Of a DNA stretch of 41,372 bases, positions 8,397-18,442 are shown piece after piece. A program made the position numbers and the translations under genes. The notes under the pieces were generated by a model. That model ran no database searches. It was not told where the DNA came from and saw only the letters and a list, made by a program, of their open reading frames with translations. This DNA is from Candidatus Methylomirabilota bacterium (GTDB lineage: Bacteria > Methylomirabilota > Methylomirabilia > Methylomirabilales > CSP1-5), in contig VRUN01000006.1 in the NCBI GenBank assembly GCA_019456075.1, positions 1-41,372 on the forward strand, given 5' to 3'. Within the stretch, counting starts at the first letter, position 1; the number at the start of each line of letters is the position of its first letter.

Positions 8397-11150
8397 ATGG
8401 CTGGGCGTTGGTCTCAATTCATCCTGAAGCATCCCCGTCTCATCGTGTTCGTGGCGTGTCTGCTTGCTTTTGTCTCCCTCCTGGCGGCAACCCGATGGCT
8501 CGAGATTCGCCCAAGTCGCATGGAACTGGTCTTCTCTGGTGACCGTCTCTTGCAGCTGAAGCAGGCCTATAAGCGGGAATTTGGGGACCGAGACCGCATC
8601 GTTGTTGTGGTAGATGCCTCTGATCTTCCCCGGGCCAAGCAGTTCATCTCTGCCCTGGCCGCACGGCTCCAAAAAGATCGCGAGCACATCGCAGAACTGT
8701 TCTATCGGGTTGACGCCGCTCCCTTCGAGGCCCATGCCCTCCAGTATCTGTCTCGGAAGGAGTTGGAGAAGCTCCAACAGAGTTTGCAGGATCACCGGAC
8801 GCTGATCCGGGATCTCGCGACGTCCCCGGGACTGAATACCCTATTTCACGCAATGAATCAGGAGATGGGTCAGGCCCTGGTGGGGCATCTCTTTACCGGC
8901 TTCCTGGAAGAGAAGGAGAAGTCCGCGCAGATCGATCTTGTCTTCTTGAATTCCCTCCTCCGGCAGGTCAATAGCAGCGTGAGCGGCATCCGATCATTGA
9001 CGTCACCCTGGGGGAAGTGGTTGGGGGCGGGAGAAGAGCCGGTCTCGGAAGGGTACCTGCTCACCGAGGACAAGCGGTACCTCATCCTCCTGGCCCAGAT
9101 CCGTGGGACGGACGAGCGGTCGCTGTCGCCAAAGCAAGAGGGAATCCGCCGGATCCGGACCGCCATCGCCGAGATCGGCCGTGATTATCCAGGCATAGAG
9201 GCTGGTGTGACCGGGCCCGATGCCCTGAGGACGGACGAGATGGTGACCGCCAAACGGGACGCCATGGTGGCAACCATCGTCGCCCTCGGGGGGGTCGCCC
9301 TGCTGTTTCTTCTATTCTGGAGAGGTTTTGCTGTGCCGCTGCGCGGTCTCCTGAGCATGGCCGTGGGGGTTTCCTGGACCTTGGGGTTCATCGTCCTGAC
9401 CATCGGCTCGCTCAACATTCTGACCGCCATGTTTATCCCAATCCTCATCGGTCTGGGGATCGATTTCAACATTCATATATTGGAACGCTACGCGGAGGAA
9501 CGGGGGATGGGGGCCGCTGCGCCGGAGGCGCTCGAGGCCACCCTTATGAAGGCAGGTGGGAATATCGTCACCGCGGCGGTGACCACCGCCATCGCCTTTT
9601 ATGCGCTGCTGCTGACCGATTTTAAGGCATTGGTGGAGCTGGGCTTTATCACTGGCAGCGGCTTGCTCCTCTGCCTCGTGGCGGCATTCACAGTGCTGCC
9701 CGCGCTGTTGATCCTCCATGAGCGGCGGGCGGGCGCTTGGGTCGCCTCCCCGTCGGTGTCGTTCCTCGCGGTTATGGAACGGTGGAGTCGCCATCCGCGG
9801 ATCATCATAACCGGGGCAGGACTCCTCGCCATGGCCTCTCTCTTTGCCCTCGGCACGATTCAGCTCGAGTTCAATCTATTGGAGCTTCAAGCGGAGGGGA
9901 CCGAGTCGGTGGACTGGGAACTTCGGCTCCTCGAAGGGGGTGGAACCTCTACCTGGTATGGGGTTGTCCTGGCCCAATCTCCGGGGCAGGTGGAAAAAAA
10001 AGCCATGGCCCTGGACGCCCTCCCCTCGGTGGATCGGGTCCAGACGATCTTCTCGTTCCTCCCGAAGGCGGAGGCGGGTAAGAAGGAAGCTATTAAAGCG
10101 CTTGGACCCCTGTTGGCCGAACTTCCCGTCACGTTTGGGACGTTGCAGCCAGTGGACCTTGAAGGACTACAAAAAACCTTTGAGAGAATTCGATTCAAGC
10201 TGGGGGATACAGGGGGCTCTCCCTCTGCATCGGACAAAGAGCTGGAGGAGGCGCGGCAGCTCGTGGAGGCCGTACAAGGAAAACTTGCGAAGGGTGATCC
10301 CGCCAGGCTGACGCAGGACTTGACCTCGTACCAGGCCGCGCTCTTTGGCGACCTGGAGAAGAAAGTTGCCGTGCTCCGAAAAAATCTCCGGGCGAGCCTC
10401 ATGACCGTGGCGGACCTGCCGAAAGACATACGGGATCGGTTTATCGGCAAAGAGGGGACCTATCTCCTGAAGGTGTTTCCCCACGGGAATACATGGGGGC
10501 GGGAATCCGTCCAGGAGTTTGTGAGGGAGGTGCGGTCCGTCGATCCGAATGCCATTGGGAATCCGATCACGGCCTGGGAGTACGGCCAGAGCATGGAGAG
10601 GGGGTATCTTCTCGGGGGTCTGTACGCGGCGACCGCGATGCTGGTGGTCATCCTGTGGTCCTTCGGCAGCGTGGGACACTTGCTATTAGCCCTGCTCCCT
10701 CTCGTCGTCGGCGGGGCCTGGACCCTTGGCCTTATGGAGCTTTTCGGGATCAACTTCAATCTGGCCAACCTCATTATCCTCCCGCTCATTGTCGGGTACG
10801 GGATTATGAACGGTCTGCACATCGTCAAGCGGTGTCAACGGGAGGGGGGAAATGATTCGATCATCGCAAACAGCACGGGTCGGGCAGTCTTCCTCTCTGC
10901 CAGCACAACCATGGTGGGATTTGGGAGCCTTATGGTGGCGAACCACCGGGGGATTTTCAGCCTGGGCTTCCTCTTGTCCGTGGGGGTGGGGAGCATCCTG
11001 CTGGCTTCACTCACGGTGCTGCCGGCCCTCCTTTGGACCATTTACGGTGGAACGAAGGCTGAACCAGTGGAAAAGGTTCCTCAGCCGGCCCCGGCCCTGT
11101 CTTCCTCCAAAGGGCCCTGGGATGTGCCGGGAGGGAGGGAGCGCCGATGA
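8397..11150 (+). CDS. hpnN: MMPL/RND hopanoid transporter HpnN-like
   Basis: Two TM blocks with ILIGLGIDFNIH and LPLIVGYGIMNGLHIV, GVTG linker, large periplasmic loops; hopanoid cluster context. Start could be TTG 8367. Confidence 0.85.
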   Translation: MAGRWSQFILKHPRLIVFVACLLAFVSLLAATRWLEIRPSRMELVFSGDRLLQLKQAYKREFGDRDRIVVVVDASDLPRAKQFISALAARLQKDREHIAELFYRVDAAPFEAHALQYLSRKELEKLQQSLQDHRTLIRDLATSPGLNTLFHAMNQEMGQALVGHLFTGFLEEKEKSAQIDLVFLNSLLRQVNSSVSGIRSLTSPWGKWLGAGEEPVSEGYLLTEDKRYLILLAQIRGTDERSLSPKQEGIRRIRTAIAEIGRDYPGIEAGVTGPDALRTDEMVTAKRDAMVATIVALGGVALLFLLFWRGFAVPLRGLLSMAVGVSWTLGFIVLTIGSLNILTAMFIPILIGLGIDFNIHILERYAEERGMGAAAPEALEATLMKAGGNIVTAAVTTAIAFYALLLTDFKALVELGFITGSGLLLCLVAAFTVLPALLILHERRAGAWVASPSVSFLAVMERWSRHPRIIITGAGLLAMASLFALGTIQLEFNLLELQAEGTESVDWELRLLEGGGTSTWYGVVLAQSPGQVEKKAMALDALPSVDRVQTIFSFLPKAEAGKKEAIKALGPLLAELPVTFGTLQPVDLEGLQKTFERIRFKLGDTGGSPSASDKELEEARQLVEAVQGKLAKGDPARLTQDLTSYQAALFGDLEKKVAVLRKNLRASLMTVADLPKDIRDRFIGKEGTYLLKVFPHGNTWGRESVQEFVREVRSVDPNAIGNPITAWEYGQSMERGYLLGGLYAATAMLVVILWSFGSVGHLLLALLPLVVGGAWTLGLMELFGINFNLANLIILPLIVGYGIMNGLHIVKRCQREGGNDSIIANSTGRAVFLSASTTMVGFGSLMVANHRGIFSLGFLLSVGVGSILLASLTVLPALLWTIYGGTKAEPVEKVPQPAPALSSSKGPWDVPGGRERR

Positions 11151-11174
11151 GCAGCGCCCCCGGAGGACCGTGAG

Positions 11175-11810
11175 ATGAGGCGATCCGAAGGGCCGCGGGG
11201 TTTTTCCTGTTGCCGCACGCTGTGGCTCGGGATCCTTTTGCTGGGATTTGTCTTGCCGGTCTCGCTGGGGGCAGGTGAGGGGGCGCCCATCGATCGGGTC
11301 CGGGATACCCTGGAGGGGGCTATGGACATTCTCAGAGATCCCGCCTTGCAGGGTCCGGACAAGGAAGCAGCGCGGAAACAAAAGGTCCGGAAGTTAATTG
11401 CCGCCGGCTTCAACTATACGGAGATGGCGGCGCGATCTCTGGGTTCCCACTGGGACAAGCTGACCCGTAAGCAGCGTCAAGGATTCGTGGACCTCTTCGG
11501 GGACCTCTTCGAAATCTCTTACAGCCAGATGGTCTTAGAGTCGCTGCCGGATCGGCAGACGATGTACACCGGAGAATCGGTGAACCGGACACGCGCGGTC
11601 GTTAACACGGTCATCGTGGACGCGCGGGGCGATCGCCTGCCGGTCGATTATCAGGTGCAGTGCCCCCATGGCCAGTGGGAGCTGATCGATGTCGTGATCG
11701 ACGGGGTGAGCATTGTGAGGGTGTATCGATCGCAGTTCAACAAAGTCATCCGGACCTCCTCGTTCGATGCATTGGTCAAGAAAATGCGCGTGAAGAGGGA
11801 TGAGCAATGA
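11175..11810 (+). CDS. Second MlaC/HpnM family protein
   Basis: FNYTEMAARSLGSHW and WELIDVVIDGVSIVRVYRSQF; paralogous pattern to 7728-8366. Confidence 0.88.
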   Translation: MRRSEGPRGFSCCRTLWLGILLLGFVLPVSLGAGEGAPIDRVRDTLEGAMDILRDPALQGPDKEAARKQKVRKLIAAGFNYTEMAARSLGSHWDKLTRKQRQGFVDLFGDLFEISYSQMVLESLPDRQTMYTGESVNRTRAVVNTVIVDARGDRLPVDYQVQCPHGQWELIDVVIDGVSIVRVYRSQFNKVIRTSSFDALVKKMRVKRDEQ

Positions 11811-11846
11811 TGCCTGTTGGCCTCAACCAATGGAGGGAAGCGGCAA

Positions 11847-12503
11847 ATGAGACTGCCGTGCAGGCTCGTGCTGTTTGCGTCGGCCCTGGCGATGCTTCTT
11901 CCAAGAGGGGGGTGGGCAGCAGACACTGGATCCAGGTCGCCGGCCACCCAGGAGGCGGCGGCAGAGTTCCCGGCACGTCTCTTTGGATTGGGCACACAGG
12001 AGGTCGGGATGGTGGTCGGATATGGGTTTCCCATTCGCATCGGAGGAACCAGGGATGAAGAGCTCAGGGAAATCCAGTATATCTATGCGGCCCCGCAGTG
12101 GGGCATCGGAATCACCCACCCCATCGGCGGGGACTCCTGGTGGCGAGGCAACTTCGAGCTGGTGCTTGAAGGGACATTCATCGGAAACTTTGAGCCCAAA
12201 GGCGGCGTTGCGGTTGGGTTGACTGGACTGATCCGGTATAACTTCCTCCCCGATTGGAAGGTCATTCCCTTTCTGGAGGTCGGAGGAGGCCTCCTCTATG
12301 TGGACATGGATTTCAAGAAGAGATCAGACGGGTTGAATTTCGCGCCCCAAGCCGGATTGGGGCTTCGTTATTTCATTTCAGACCGAACGGCGATTACGGG
12401 GGAATGGCGGTTCCACCATATCTCGAATGCCGATACCAAACTTCCGAACTTCGGCATCAACTCGAGTCTGTTCCTCATCGGGATCTCGATTGTGTTAAAG
12501 TGA
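11847..12503 (+). CDS. PagL-like acyloxyacyl hydrolase (outer membrane beta-barrel)
   Basis: Signal peptide, amphipathic strands, PFLEVGGG and WRFHHISNA...NFGIN (His-x-Ser-Asn catalytic motif). Confidence 0.8.
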   Translation: MRLPCRLVLFASALAMLLPRGGWAADTGSRSPATQEAAAEFPARLFGLGTQEVGMVVGYGFPIRIGGTRDEELREIQYIYAAPQWGIGITHPIGGDSWWRGNFELVLEGTFIGNFEPKGGVAVGLTGLIRYNFLPDWKVIPFLEVGGGLLYVDMDFKKRSDGLNFAPQAGLGLRYFISDRTAITGEWRFHHISNADTKLPNFGINSSLFLIGISIVLK

Positions 12504-12546
12504 CCGGTCTGGTCCCGTCGAAGGGATCGAGGGAAGGAGGCTAAGC

Positions 12547-14457
12547 TTGTCACCTGAAACGACCGGAGACCGGCCCACCGTCCAGGTGTTGGAAGAGGCT
12601 ATCCGTCGGGCTCAGGAGTATCTCCTAAACCTCCAGCATGCTGAGGGGTACTGGCTTGGCGAACTCGAGGCGGATAGTACTCTGACGTCGGAGTACATCA
12701 TGCTCCGTCACTTCCTGGATCGGGTGGATCGGGATCGAGAACGAAAGGCCGCCAATTACCTTCGAGCCAAGCAACTGCCCGATGGGGGATGGGATCTCTT
12801 CCCGGGGAGCCCGAGCGATATCAGTGCGACGGTGAAGGGGTACTTCGCCTTGAAGCTGGTGGGACATTCCGCTGATGAGCCCTTCATGCTCCGGGCCCGG
12901 GAGAACATCCTGGCGAAAGGCGGGGTGACCAAGGTCAACGTCTTCACCAAGATCGCCCTGGCCCTCTTCGGACAATACGACTGGCAGGGGGTCCCAACCA
13001 TGCCGGTCGAGATTATGCTTCTCCCCCGCTGGTCCTACTTTAACCTCTACGAGGTGTCCTACTGGTCCAGAACGGTTATTGTGCCTCTGCTGGTCCTCAT
13101 GGATCTCAAACCGGTCTGTCCGATCCCGCCGGAGGCGGCCCTCGATGAACTGTACATTCCGTCCCGGGCGGCGGCCGATCTGCGGTTTCCCCTGACCGAT
13201 GAGCTTCTCTCCTGGAAGAATTTCTTCATCGGGCTGGATACAGTGCTCCCCGGACTGGAGCGGTGGGCCCCGCGCCCCTTCCGGGCGCGGGCACGCCAGC
13301 AAGCCTTGGCGTGGATGTTGACGCGGATGGGACCCGGGGGACTCGGGGGGATCTATCCAGCCATGGCCAGTGCGGTGATGACCCTGCACACCCTGGGGTA
13401 CTCTGAGGACCACCCGAAGATGGCCGAAGGGTTGAAAGAGATCGAGCTCTTGGGGATCGAGGAGGCCGACAGGTTTCACCTTCAACCGTGTCTTTCGCCC
13501 GTCTGGGATACCTCCCTTGCGATGAACGCCCTGGTGGAATCTGGCCTGGCCCCAGACGACCCCGCGCTGGGGACGGCCACCACCTGGCTGCTTCAGGAAC
13601 AGATCCTGCGGCGTGGCGATTGGCAGGTGAAGCGGCCGAATCTGCCCGCCGGGGGGTGGCCGTTCCAATTCCGGAATGACTTCTATCCCGACACCGACGA
13701 CAGCGCCATGGTGCTGATGGCCCTGAAGAAAGTCCAGATGCCTGGTCGAACCAATTATCAGCAGGCCATTGACAGGGGCCTCACCTGGTTTCTCGGCATG
13801 CAGTCAGAGAATGGCGGATGGGGCTCTTTCGATGCGGGTAACGTGCGTTTCGTGTTGAATCATATCCCGTTTGCCGACCACGGAGCCCTGCTCGATCCGC
13901 CCACCGAGGATTTGGCGGGACGCGGGCTAGAGACGCTCGGAACCTGCGGCGAAAGTCCGGTACATCCCGAGGCGGCCAGAGCATTGGCCTTCATCAAAGA
14001 GACGCAATGTGCGAACGGCTCCTGGTACGGTCGGTGGGGGGCCAATTATATTTACGGGACCTGGTCGGTCCTCCGGGGCCTGGGGGCCATCGGGGAGGAT
14101 TTCAACGCCCCGTACGTCCGACGGGCCGTCCGATGGCTCGAAGGCTGCCAGAATGCGGACGGGGGATGGGGGGAGACTCTTTTGAGCTATACAGATCCTG
14201 CCCTGGCCGGAAAAGGGGAGAGCATGCCGAGTCAGACCGCCTGGGCGCTCCTCGGGCTTCTTGCGGTGGGAGAGGCCAGGAGCTCCGCGGTGGCCATGGG
14301 GATTCGGTATCTGCTCGAGACCAAACGGCCGGACGGCTCATGGGACGATGCCTTCTGGAACGGGACCGGCTTCCCCCGCGTTTTCTTCCTCAAGTATCAC
14401 CTCTATCCGGTCTACTTCCCCCTCTGGGCTCTCGGCGTTTACCGCAGCACCCTTTAG
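12547..14457 (+). CDS. shc: Squalene-hopene cyclase
   Basis: YPDTDDSA (DxDD), QW repeats (QHAEGYW, QLPDGGW, QNADGGW), SPVWDT, GSWYGRWG, GTGFPRVF; AGGAGG RBS before the TTG start. Confidence 0.97.
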   Translation: MSPETTGDRPTVQVLEEAIRRAQEYLLNLQHAEGYWLGELEADSTLTSEYIMLRHFLDRVDRDRERKAANYLRAKQLPDGGWDLFPGSPSDISATVKGYFALKLVGHSADEPFMLRARENILAKGGVTKVNVFTKIALALFGQYDWQGVPTMPVEIMLLPRWSYFNLYEVSYWSRTVIVPLLVLMDLKPVCPIPPEAALDELYIPSRAAADLRFPLTDELLSWKNFFIGLDTVLPGLERWAPRPFRARARQQALAWMLTRMGPGGLGGIYPAMASAVMTLHTLGYSEDHPKMAEGLKEIELLGIEEADRFHLQPCLSPVWDTSLAMNALVESGLAPDDPALGTATTWLLQEQILRRGDWQVKRPNLPAGGWPFQFRNDFYPDTDDSAMVLMALKKVQMPGRTNYQQAIDRGLTWFLGMQSENGGWGSFDAGNVRFVLNHIPFADHGALLDPPTEDLAGRGLETLGTCGESPVHPEAARALAFIKETQCANGSWYGRWGANYIYGTWSVLRGLGAIGEDFNAPYVRRAVRWLEGCQNADGGWGETLLSYTDPALAGKGESMPSQTAWALLGLLAVGEARSSAVAMGIRYLLETKRPDGSWDDAFWNGTGFPRVFFLKYHLYPVYFPLWALGVYRSTL

Positions 14458-14605
14458 GACGACCGCTGATTCCCCGGATAAATCTTCATGAAGTTCCGAG
14501 GCAACTCAGGCTCGGACATTGCGTCGTCATCTCGGAACGGGCACCATGAACACGCTATTGCACCACACGCGTATCTTCTAGGCGAGACGTAGTAGGGACA
14601 CACCA

Positions 14606-15871
14606 ATGTCAAGCGTGAGGACGGTACAGTCAAGAGTAACGGGGATCGTAGTCGTCGGGGCCGCATGCCTGACACTCTCCTGTGTGCAAGCCGGGGTCTC
14701 CGAGCCCGCTTCTGAGAAGGGAGCAATGCCGTTTGATCCACCGGCCGTCTACTTGACCTGGCAACGCGACCCGACGACGACAATGACAGTCCAGTGGCAT
14801 AGCGATGGCGGACGCGACGATGTTATTCAGTACCTGCGGCTCGACGAACGGGTGTGGCACACTGTCATTGGTGCGCACCACCCGATGCCTTATTCCGATC
14901 GGATTGTGCACGTGGCGGAATTGACAGGCTTAGAACCAGGGACCGAGTACCGGTTCCGCTTCGGCACAAATTCTGTTGCGTTCACATTTCGCACCATGCC
15001 CCGGGATGTAAGCAAGCCGATCCGGTTCGTCGTCGGTGGAGATACGATGGAATCGTTCGACGCACTCGACGTATGGTTTGAAGAGTGCCGCCGCCTGGTG
15101 GCTGAACAGGACCCGATGTTCACGGTCATTGGTGGCGACATCGCCTACGCCAACGGAGACCCGAAGCTCGTGAAGCGATGGTACCGTTGGCTGGCAGCGT
15201 GGAAGAAGCACATGGTCACGTCCCGTGGGCGGCTGATCCCGTTGCTGATGGTTATTGGTAACCACGAGGTTCAAGGGGGGTTTCGGCAGCGGCCTGCAAA
15301 GGCCCCGTATTTCTACAGCTTATTTGCAATGCCCGGCCAGCGCGGATACAACGTTGTCGATTTTGGCCGGTACATGAGTTTGATTTTGCTGGACTCTGAA
15401 CACACCCATGCCATCGATGGCAGGCAAACTGACTGGTTAGGTCGGACGTTGGCCAATCGGCAGGACGTGCCCCACATCTTTGGGGTGTACCACGTGCCGG
15501 CCTATCCATCGGTGCGGAAATTCAACAACCGAGTCAGCACGAAAATCCGTCAGCACTGGGTTCCTCTGTTCGAGAAGTTTGGCTTGGATGTGGCCTTTGA
15601 ACACCATGACCACGCCTACAAGCGCACCCACCTCATTCGGGCCGGCACGGTCGATCCGCGAGGGGTGTTGTACCTCGGCGATGGTGCCTGGGGTGCGTTG
15701 CCCAGAAAGACCCGGGAAGATTGGTACCTGACAAAAACCGCCAGCAGACAACACTTCATCCTCGTCACGATCGACGGCCAAAGCCGCACCTTTCAGGCGA
15801 TCGACATCAAAGGACATGTCTTTGATCAAGTTCACCAGAACGCATTGTCGCATTCGATAATAGCCCAGTGA
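14606..15871 (+). CDS. Purple acid phosphatase-like metallophosphoesterase with N-terminal FN3-like domain, probably exported
   Basis: GGD, GGDIAYA, GNHE, YHVP and EHHDHAY metal motifs; LTGLEPGTEYRFR FN3 pattern; lipobox-like LSC. Confidence 0.85.
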   Translation: MSSVRTVQSRVTGIVVVGAACLTLSCVQAGVSEPASEKGAMPFDPPAVYLTWQRDPTTTMTVQWHSDGGRDDVIQYLRLDERVWHTVIGAHHPMPYSDRIVHVAELTGLEPGTEYRFRFGTNSVAFTFRTMPRDVSKPIRFVVGGDTMESFDALDVWFEECRRLVAEQDPMFTVIGGDIAYANGDPKLVKRWYRWLAAWKKHMVTSRGRLIPLLMVIGNHEVQGGFRQRPAKAPYFYSLFAMPGQRGYNVVDFGRYMSLILLDSEHTHAIDGRQTDWLGRTLANRQDVPHIFGVYHVPAYPSVRKFNNRVSTKIRQHWVPLFEKFGLDVAFEHHDHAYKRTHLIRAGTVDPRGVLYLGDGAWGALPRKTREDWYLTKTASRQHFILVTIDGQSRTFQAIDIKGHVFDQVHQNALSHSIIAQ

Positions 15872-16081
15872 TGGAGGGATCTGTGAGGCTGTCTCAAGTC
15901 GTGAGCATTCATTACACACAAGCGGCTCAAGCGGTCTCACGAACCCCCTTCGCGTCGGCCCCTGATCCTCGTTACGCTTGAAACTGATCGGCTGCCATCA
16001 GCTGTCCGCCTTGTTTTTCTCGTCGTTCCGTGGTAGCTTTTGAGCCAATTGTCCGTCAGGACGGTTCGCAGGGTGGCAGGA

Positions 16082-17260
16082 ATGCTGGATCCACAAAAGC
16101 AGGCGGTGATCGAGGAGGTCGATCGTCTCCGCCCCGAACTTTTGGAGGTGAGCCGGTTTCTCCATGCTCACCCCGAGCTCGCCTTTGAAGAAGTCCAGGC
16201 GGCCGCGTTCCTCGCGCGGATCATGGAGGAGCACGACTTTTCCGTCGAGCGGGGGGTGGCAGGGCTCACGACTGCCTTCACCGCCACCTATGGATCGGGA
16301 AAGGGTCCCACCATTGCGTTCCTGGCTGAGTACGATGCCCTTCCGGAGATTGGCCATGCATGCGGGCACAATCTAATTGCGACCGGTTCGGTGGGGGCCG
16401 CGTTGGCCCTGAAAGCGCTGTTGGGAGAGGTTGCTGGCCGCGTACTCCTGGTGGGATGTCCGGCGGAGGAGAAGGGGGGAGGCAAGATCCCTCTGGTAGA
16501 GTCCGGACTGTTTCGGAGGGTGGATGCCGCGATGCTGTTTCACCCGAGCAACCGGACCGAGATGGTGAAGCAGGCCCTCGGGATGCGGGATGTCCAGGTG
16601 GAATTCTTCGGCCGGTCCTCCCACGCCGCGGCGACTCCGCATCTCGGCATCAACGCGCTGGATGCCGTCATTCTCGCGTTCAATAACATCAATGCACTGC
16701 GGCAGCAGGTGCGCTCCGATGCTCGGATCCACGGAATCATCACCCACGGAGGGAAGGCACCCAACATCATCCCGGATCATACGGCGGCCCTCTTCTATGT
16801 TCGCGCGCTAGACATCGGATACCTCGATGAACTCTACGAAAAGGTCCTCGGCTGCTTTGAGGCGGCCGCCAGCGCCACGGGGGCCAGTTACCACGTCAAG
16901 CGGGCTGGACATGACTACCACCCCCACAAAATCAACTATGCCCTTGCCCAACTCTTTCGGCAGAATCTGGAAGCGTTGGGGGGTGAGGTCGATCAGGGTC
17001 CGGAGGACGAAGACCTGGGATCCACGGATGTCGGGAACGTGAGCCGGGTCGTTCCCACCATCCAACCCACCATCGCCATTTGCGGTCCCAAGGTCAGTTG
17101 CCACATGCCCGAGTTCGCCGTGGCCGCCGCCTCGCCTTCCGGAGAGGAGGGGATGTTGCTGGCGGCGAGGGCCATGGCCCTCACCGGCCTTGATCTCTTG
17201 AGAGACCGGGATGCCTTACACAGCGTCAAGGCGGAATTTGCAGGAGGGAAACGTCCCTGA
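16082..17260 (+). CDS. M20 family metallopeptidase/amidohydrolase
   Basis: HAHPELAFEE, EYDALPEIGHACGHN, PAEE, GSTDVGNVS and CHMPEF motifs. Confidence 0.92.
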   Translation: MLDPQKQAVIEEVDRLRPELLEVSRFLHAHPELAFEEVQAAAFLARIMEEHDFSVERGVAGLTTAFTATYGSGKGPTIAFLAEYDALPEIGHACGHNLIATGSVGAALALKALLGEVAGRVLLVGCPAEEKGGGKIPLVESGLFRRVDAAMLFHPSNRTEMVKQALGMRDVQVEFFGRSSHAAATPHLGINALDAVILAFNNINALRQQVRSDARIHGIITHGGKAPNIIPDHTAALFYVRALDIGYLDELYEKVLGCFEAAASATGASYHVKRAGHDYHPHKINYALAQLFRQNLEALGGEVDQGPEDEDLGSTDVGNVSRVVPTIQPTIAICGPKVSCHMPEFAVAAASPSGEEGMLLAARAMALTGLDLLRDRDALHSVKAEFAGGKRP

Positions 17261-18435
17261 AGGTCATTGGACTCATGTCTGGGACCTCGGCGGACGGGGT
17301 TGACGCGGTCCTCGTAGAGATCACCAGAGAGTCCGACAACCCCGCGGTGAGTCTCCTCTGTTTTGAGCGTCGTCCGTATCCACCGGGGATTCGAGGTCGA
17401 ATCCTCCGCCTTCCTGAACATCCCAACGCCCTCCGCGAAGTCTGTCATCTCAACGTGTTGCTGGGGGAGCTCTTTGCCCAAGCGGCCCTCGATCTCCTGC
17501 AGACAACTGGCACCTCCCCGACCGAGGTGGCTCTCATTGGCTCCCACGGCCAGACGATCTGCCATCTTCCGATTCCGTCCACCGAGGGGGCATTCAACCT
17601 CCGGTCCACTCTTCAGATTGGTGAGCCATGTGTCATCGCTGAGCGGACCGGACTCTTGACCGTGGCTGACTTCCGCCCGAGGGACATGGCAGCTGGAGGA
17701 GAGGGGGCACCGCTGACCCCCTATCCCCATTATCTCCTCTTTCGACATCCCGAGCGGTGCCGCGTAATCGTCAACCTCGGCGGGATCTCAAATCTCACCC
17801 TGCTCCCTCCCGACACCTCGGTATCCGAGATCGTGGCCTTCGATGCAGGGCCCGGCAATGTCCTGATCGATGGAGTGGTTCGACACCTCAGTGGTGGGAC
17901 CTTAGAGTACGATACCGATGGGGCTTGGGCAGCATCGGGCAACGTGAATCAGGCCCTCCTCAAGCGTCTTCTCGGCCACCCTTTCTTCCGCCGTTCTCCC
18001 CCGCGGAGTGCCGGCCAGGAGGAGTTTGGTCCTCGGATGCTCGAAGAGATCCTGGTCGAAGCGGAGCAGAAAGGAATCTCACCGGCCGATCTGGTAGCCA
18101 CGATCTCGACCCTCTCTGTGGAGGCAGTGGTCGGGAGCCTTGAGACCACCATCTTTCCGCGGCACGCCGTGGATGAGATACTACTCTGCGGCGGCGGGGC
18201 GCGGAACCGATGGCTGAGCAGCGCGCTCGGAACCCGCCTGGCGCCCCGTCCCGTCCTCACAACCGACGACATCGGGTTTCCGGTCGGGGCGGTCGAAGCG
18301 ACGGCATTCGCCATTCTGGCCTACCTCACCCTTGTCGGACAGCCGGGGAACCTTGTGTCCGCCACTGGGGCGCGGCATGCAGTTCCGCTGGGCAAGATTA
18401 TTCCCGGCAGGAATTTTCCAGGACTGATCTCGTGA
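17257..18435 (+). CDS. anmK: Anhydro-N-acetylmuramic acid kinase (probable CTG start)
   Basis: (M)KVIGLMSGTSADGVD, GSHGQT, DFRPRDMAAGGEGAPL, NLGGISN, DAGPGN and CGGGARN motifs. Confidence 0.93.
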   Translation: MKVIGLMSGTSADGVDAVLVEITRESDNPAVSLLCFERRPYPPGIRGRILRLPEHPNALREVCHLNVLLGELFAQAALDLLQTTGTSPTEVALIGSHGQTICHLPIPSTEGAFNLRSTLQIGEPCVIAERTGLLTVADFRPRDMAAGGEGAPLTPYPHYLLFRHPERCRVIVNLGGISNLTLLPPDTSVSEIVAFDAGPGNVLIDGVVRHLSGGTLEYDTDGAWAASGNVNQALLKRLLGHPFFRRSPPRSAGQEEFGPRMLEEILVEAEQKGISPADLVATISTLSVEAVVGSLETTIFPRHAVDEILLCGGGARNRWLSSALGTRLAPRPVLTTDDIGFPVGAVEATAFAILAYLTLVGQPGNLVSATGARHAVPLGKIIPGRNFPGLIS

Positions 18436-18442
18436 GGAAGTG

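Noticed and set aside
12625-13668. 347-aa minus-strand ORF
   Set aside because: Antisense to shc.
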